64,000 nt of DNA, from contig OZ076409.1 of assembly GCA_964187785.1 (NCBI GenBank), positions 42,348,001-42,412,000 on the forward strand, given 5' to 3'. Below, in pieces: positions 61,057-64,000 of the stretch. The translations under genes were made by a program, and so were the position numbers. Within the stretch, counting starts at the first letter, position 1; each line of letters begins with the position of its first letter. The stretch comes from Amphiscolops sp. MND2022 (lineage: Eukaryota). The notes below the pieces were generated by a model that worked only from the letters and a program-made list of their open reading frames with translations, searched no databases and was not told the origin of the DNA.

Positions 61057-62576
61057 GGACCTTTTAGAAAACCAGTTGAATTATACTGTACTGATGGACA
61101 AACTGTATTCGTACGGGTTTAGTGGTCAATTTTGCAAATTGATTGAAGCTTGCTTCAGTAAGAGATGGCAACTTGTGGAAGTCAATAAAAAGAAAACATT
61201 ATATCAATAAATTAAAAGAGGCGTTCCTCAAGGATCTATTCTCGGATTTTTCCTTGCGTACCAAGTTATGTTCAAAATAAAAATAAGATAGCTATCTTTG
61301 CTGACGACACATCAATTCTTACATCAGGAAAGAATGGAATCACGAGTAGAACCCGATTTAGACACCATTAGCGTTTGGTTTTGTATAAAACATTGTCGCT
61401 CAAAATTTCCAAATATGTAGTTATGACGTTTGCCTGACGAAATTGTACCCAATTGACTTCATTGCAAAAGCAGCTTCCATTAAAGGACTCGTGTAAAAAC
61501 TACGGGCTTGTTTAGACAATAAATTCAATTTCGGTGATCACAACGAACATGTTACAAAACAACTGAATCAACTGAGAGGCGTGATAGATAAAGTCAGAGA
61601 TATGTATCCCGTTAAAGGCCTTTTTACAACTCGTTTGCTAAATTAGTGATCACATTTCGTTTGGTTGATTATGGCATTGTTGCAAATACCAGTTTTAAAA
61701 GATTGAAAGTTCGCATTGGAGATACTTGAAAGCGAGTGTCTGAAAAACTTCGTTCTCAAGTTGGAATCGGTTTTTACCAATATAATACAAAAAGCGAAAG
61801 AGCACCTTTGACTGAATGTCTTACATTTACCCGCGCCAAATCAGCGTACATCAGATTGAGGAAAGTCTATAATTGGTTGAAAGACCATTCTATAATACCG
61901 ACTGACTTAACCAAATCACTCACAGCCCAACCACAATCACATTTGAAGAAAATATCAGAGCTCCTATGGAAGTCACCTATGCCTAACTTTTTTCGGATAA
62001 TTAACAAATATTTCGTTTTTCAATCCGAAATTTGAACTCACCGAGAATAATACAGTTTCGACACATCAATGGCGTTGCAACTTTTCCCTTTTTGTTTTTC
62101 ATGTTTGGGGAGTAGCTAGAATAGCTGTTTAGGCTAATCCTCTCTCCTGGCTGATAAAAATTTAGTCGTTCTTCCATAAATAAATAAAGAAATTGTATTT
62201 TTTCAAGTATCTACTCTTATAAACTTTCCTTCCTTTTCCTTGGCAGGAATCAAGACTGTAATGATCCCTGTAACATTCTGTTTTAACTCATAAAATATTG
62301 AACTTTTTGTTTAGATAGAGTAAGAGCTAGACTGAGAGAAGATCTGACATTTTTAGATGCGAAACTCCTTTTCGACATACTTTCTTTTGTTATCTCTTTT
62401 CAGTCAGCGCTTTTGAAGAAAAGTGCCCAACTCTTACCTTTGGTAGTTTTTTTATTACGCGTAAGTCCACTTTTTTTGTTCAAAAACTTGAACTACGGAT
62501 GTACAAAACATACTCGAACCATCAGAACCTCGTCCAAAACCAAAAACCGTCGTCCAGAAGCTTGAAAACATACTAT

Positions 62577-63298
62577 TGTAACGTCCAGCTAGCAGCGTAC
62601 ATCATAGAAGTGGGAAAATGCCCAGGGTGCTTAAACACGAAACCGTTGTCCTATTACAGCCCTAGACATCAGTTTCTGTCCCAAAATGGTCTCCCAGGGG
62701 GACTTTCTATACGTCAAAGGAGGCTCCTCAATTTAGAGCTCCGAGGCGACGTGCCGGCTCTCTCAAAGTCCGGACGGACACGCCCCACAAGCCTGTAAAA
62801 ACGAATCCTAAGATTCCTAACGTTCCTGCGACTTCCTACATAATCTCGAGGTCTAAAACTCTGGTTCAAGTAAATTACATTTTATTGAGGGAATAAGATC
62901 TAAAAAAGAGACCTATTAGGTCAAACATCATCAAATACCCGCAAATACGGAACAACAGACTAAGGAAACATCAGGCGTCAGTGTCAGCTAGTCTTGGACT
63001 TGCGAGGTGGCACATGCAAACTATGCAAACTTCTGAGTTTCTCTATCTTTTGGGCCATTCTTCGGGTTCTGCTGTTAGCTGGGACGTCTTCCGAGGGGGA
63101 TGGCACCGCACAGTGTTTTCGGGGATACTTCTATGGCGGGGTGTTCTCTCTCAGGCAAGGGTGGGGGTGTTTTCTGTCTTTTCTGTCTTTCTGCCTGCTT
63201 TCAAGTACCTGCCAGGTCGGCCATTTCGAATTGACTTATTTGATATCGCACACTTTTTGAATTTCAACGAAATTTCATTTCCACTGCCTGACGTTACA
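62577..63298 (-). mobile_element. Solo LTR (722 bp) related to the LTRs of element C
   Basis: TGTAACGTC...GACGTTACA; shares long blocks such as TTAGAGCTCCGAGGCGACGTGCCGGCTCTCTCAAAGTCCGGAC; flanks TAT|...|TAT. Confidence 0.93.
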
Positions 63299-63658
63299 TA
63301 TGGATCCCTTTTTGCTATCTTGATGTTTGTCACTTTGATTTGTTTCGGCATTATGAGACTTATTTTGAAAACTTTGAATTGCATCAAAGGGTCCCCCTTT
63401 AATTTTTTATATTTTGCAACATAATGGATATTCAAAAGTTCCAAAGGGTCCCCATTGCTTACAATTTTTAGCATTTTGACATTTTTGACTCGTGAGTTTT
63501 TTGTCTTTGAGGCATAATTCTAATGAAAAACTGTATTTAGCTCTTCGAAAAGCCTACTGCACAACAAAAGTATTTTTTTGTTCAACTGTTTCGTAGTTCA
63601 AGTTCGGAAAAATTTACGGAAATTGCGTTAAAATGGTCAAGAAGTGAAAAATTTTGTG

Positions 63659-64000
63659 TTTTTAGTCGGCGCATTTTCCTTTAGTGACCTTTTTTTCTTC
63701 AGACCATATTCCTCACACTGAAAGGTCCACTTCTTACAGAAACTACTGAGGCCGAGTCCGGCCAGCGGAAACTTAGTACCGGCCAGCGGAAACTTAGTGC
63801 AAAGGGTTTTAACGTTACCTTCAAAACCGGATGAGACCAAAGGGTCCCTCCCCCTTTCAATTGTTTTTCAGCGCTATGAGACTTTTTTCGAACTTTTTTT
63901 TCTGTCTCCAAAGGGTCCCCCTTCGATTTTATTGAAGTCCCCCCTCGTACTATTCGAAGTGAAGCGCTATTTCTGAACTTTTGACGTTATATCCGAACTA
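63659..64000 (+). mobile_element. HINE family A, 5' part
   Basis: TTTTTAGTCGGCGC start; AAAGGGTCCC repeats. Confidence 0.7.

Larger units (their letters stand above)
57030..62188 (+). mobile_element. Decayed non-LTR retrotransposon (CR1/L2/Jockey-group-like), interrupted by HINE-A copies; 5' boundary uncertain
   Basis: APE motif TALSETWL at ~59123; RT motifs GVPQGSILG at ~61220 and FADDTSIL at ~61297; (TAAA)n tail at ~62177-62188. Confidence 0.8.

Overview
Repeat-dense, AT-rich eukaryotic DNA (probably an invertebrate animal; this is inference) with no intact host gene. Positions 1-4865 hold a plus-strand Ty3/Gypsy element (gag, -1 frameshift site, PR-RT-RNase H) cut off inside RNase H. It is fused tail-to-tail to the main object of the window: a ~15 kb minus-strand Ty3/Gypsy element (4866-~20030) organised like a complex retrovirus. 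Its gene order is uORF, very long gag-pol (with an RS-rich segment), a Ser/Thr/Pro-rich ORF, an intact 858-aa class III (chuvirus/gB-like) envelope gene, a small disrupted ORF and an intact 430-aa orphan ORF. The two ORFs flanking env share a duplicated ~70-aa domain that the supplied ORF track does not show. Further on are a young non-coding LTR element (32984-38405) and a related solo LTR (62577-63298), both with apparent 3-bp target duplications; the full element has a PBS set 15 nt from the LTR and an internal ~180-bp periodic array. The rest consists of two Helentron/HINE-like families (one carrying a tRNA-like cassette), two MITEs, two long palindromes, satellites, a decayed Gypsy, a decayed LINE and a probable PP2A B''-like pseudogene remnant. 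All alignments were done by eye; no database searches were run.
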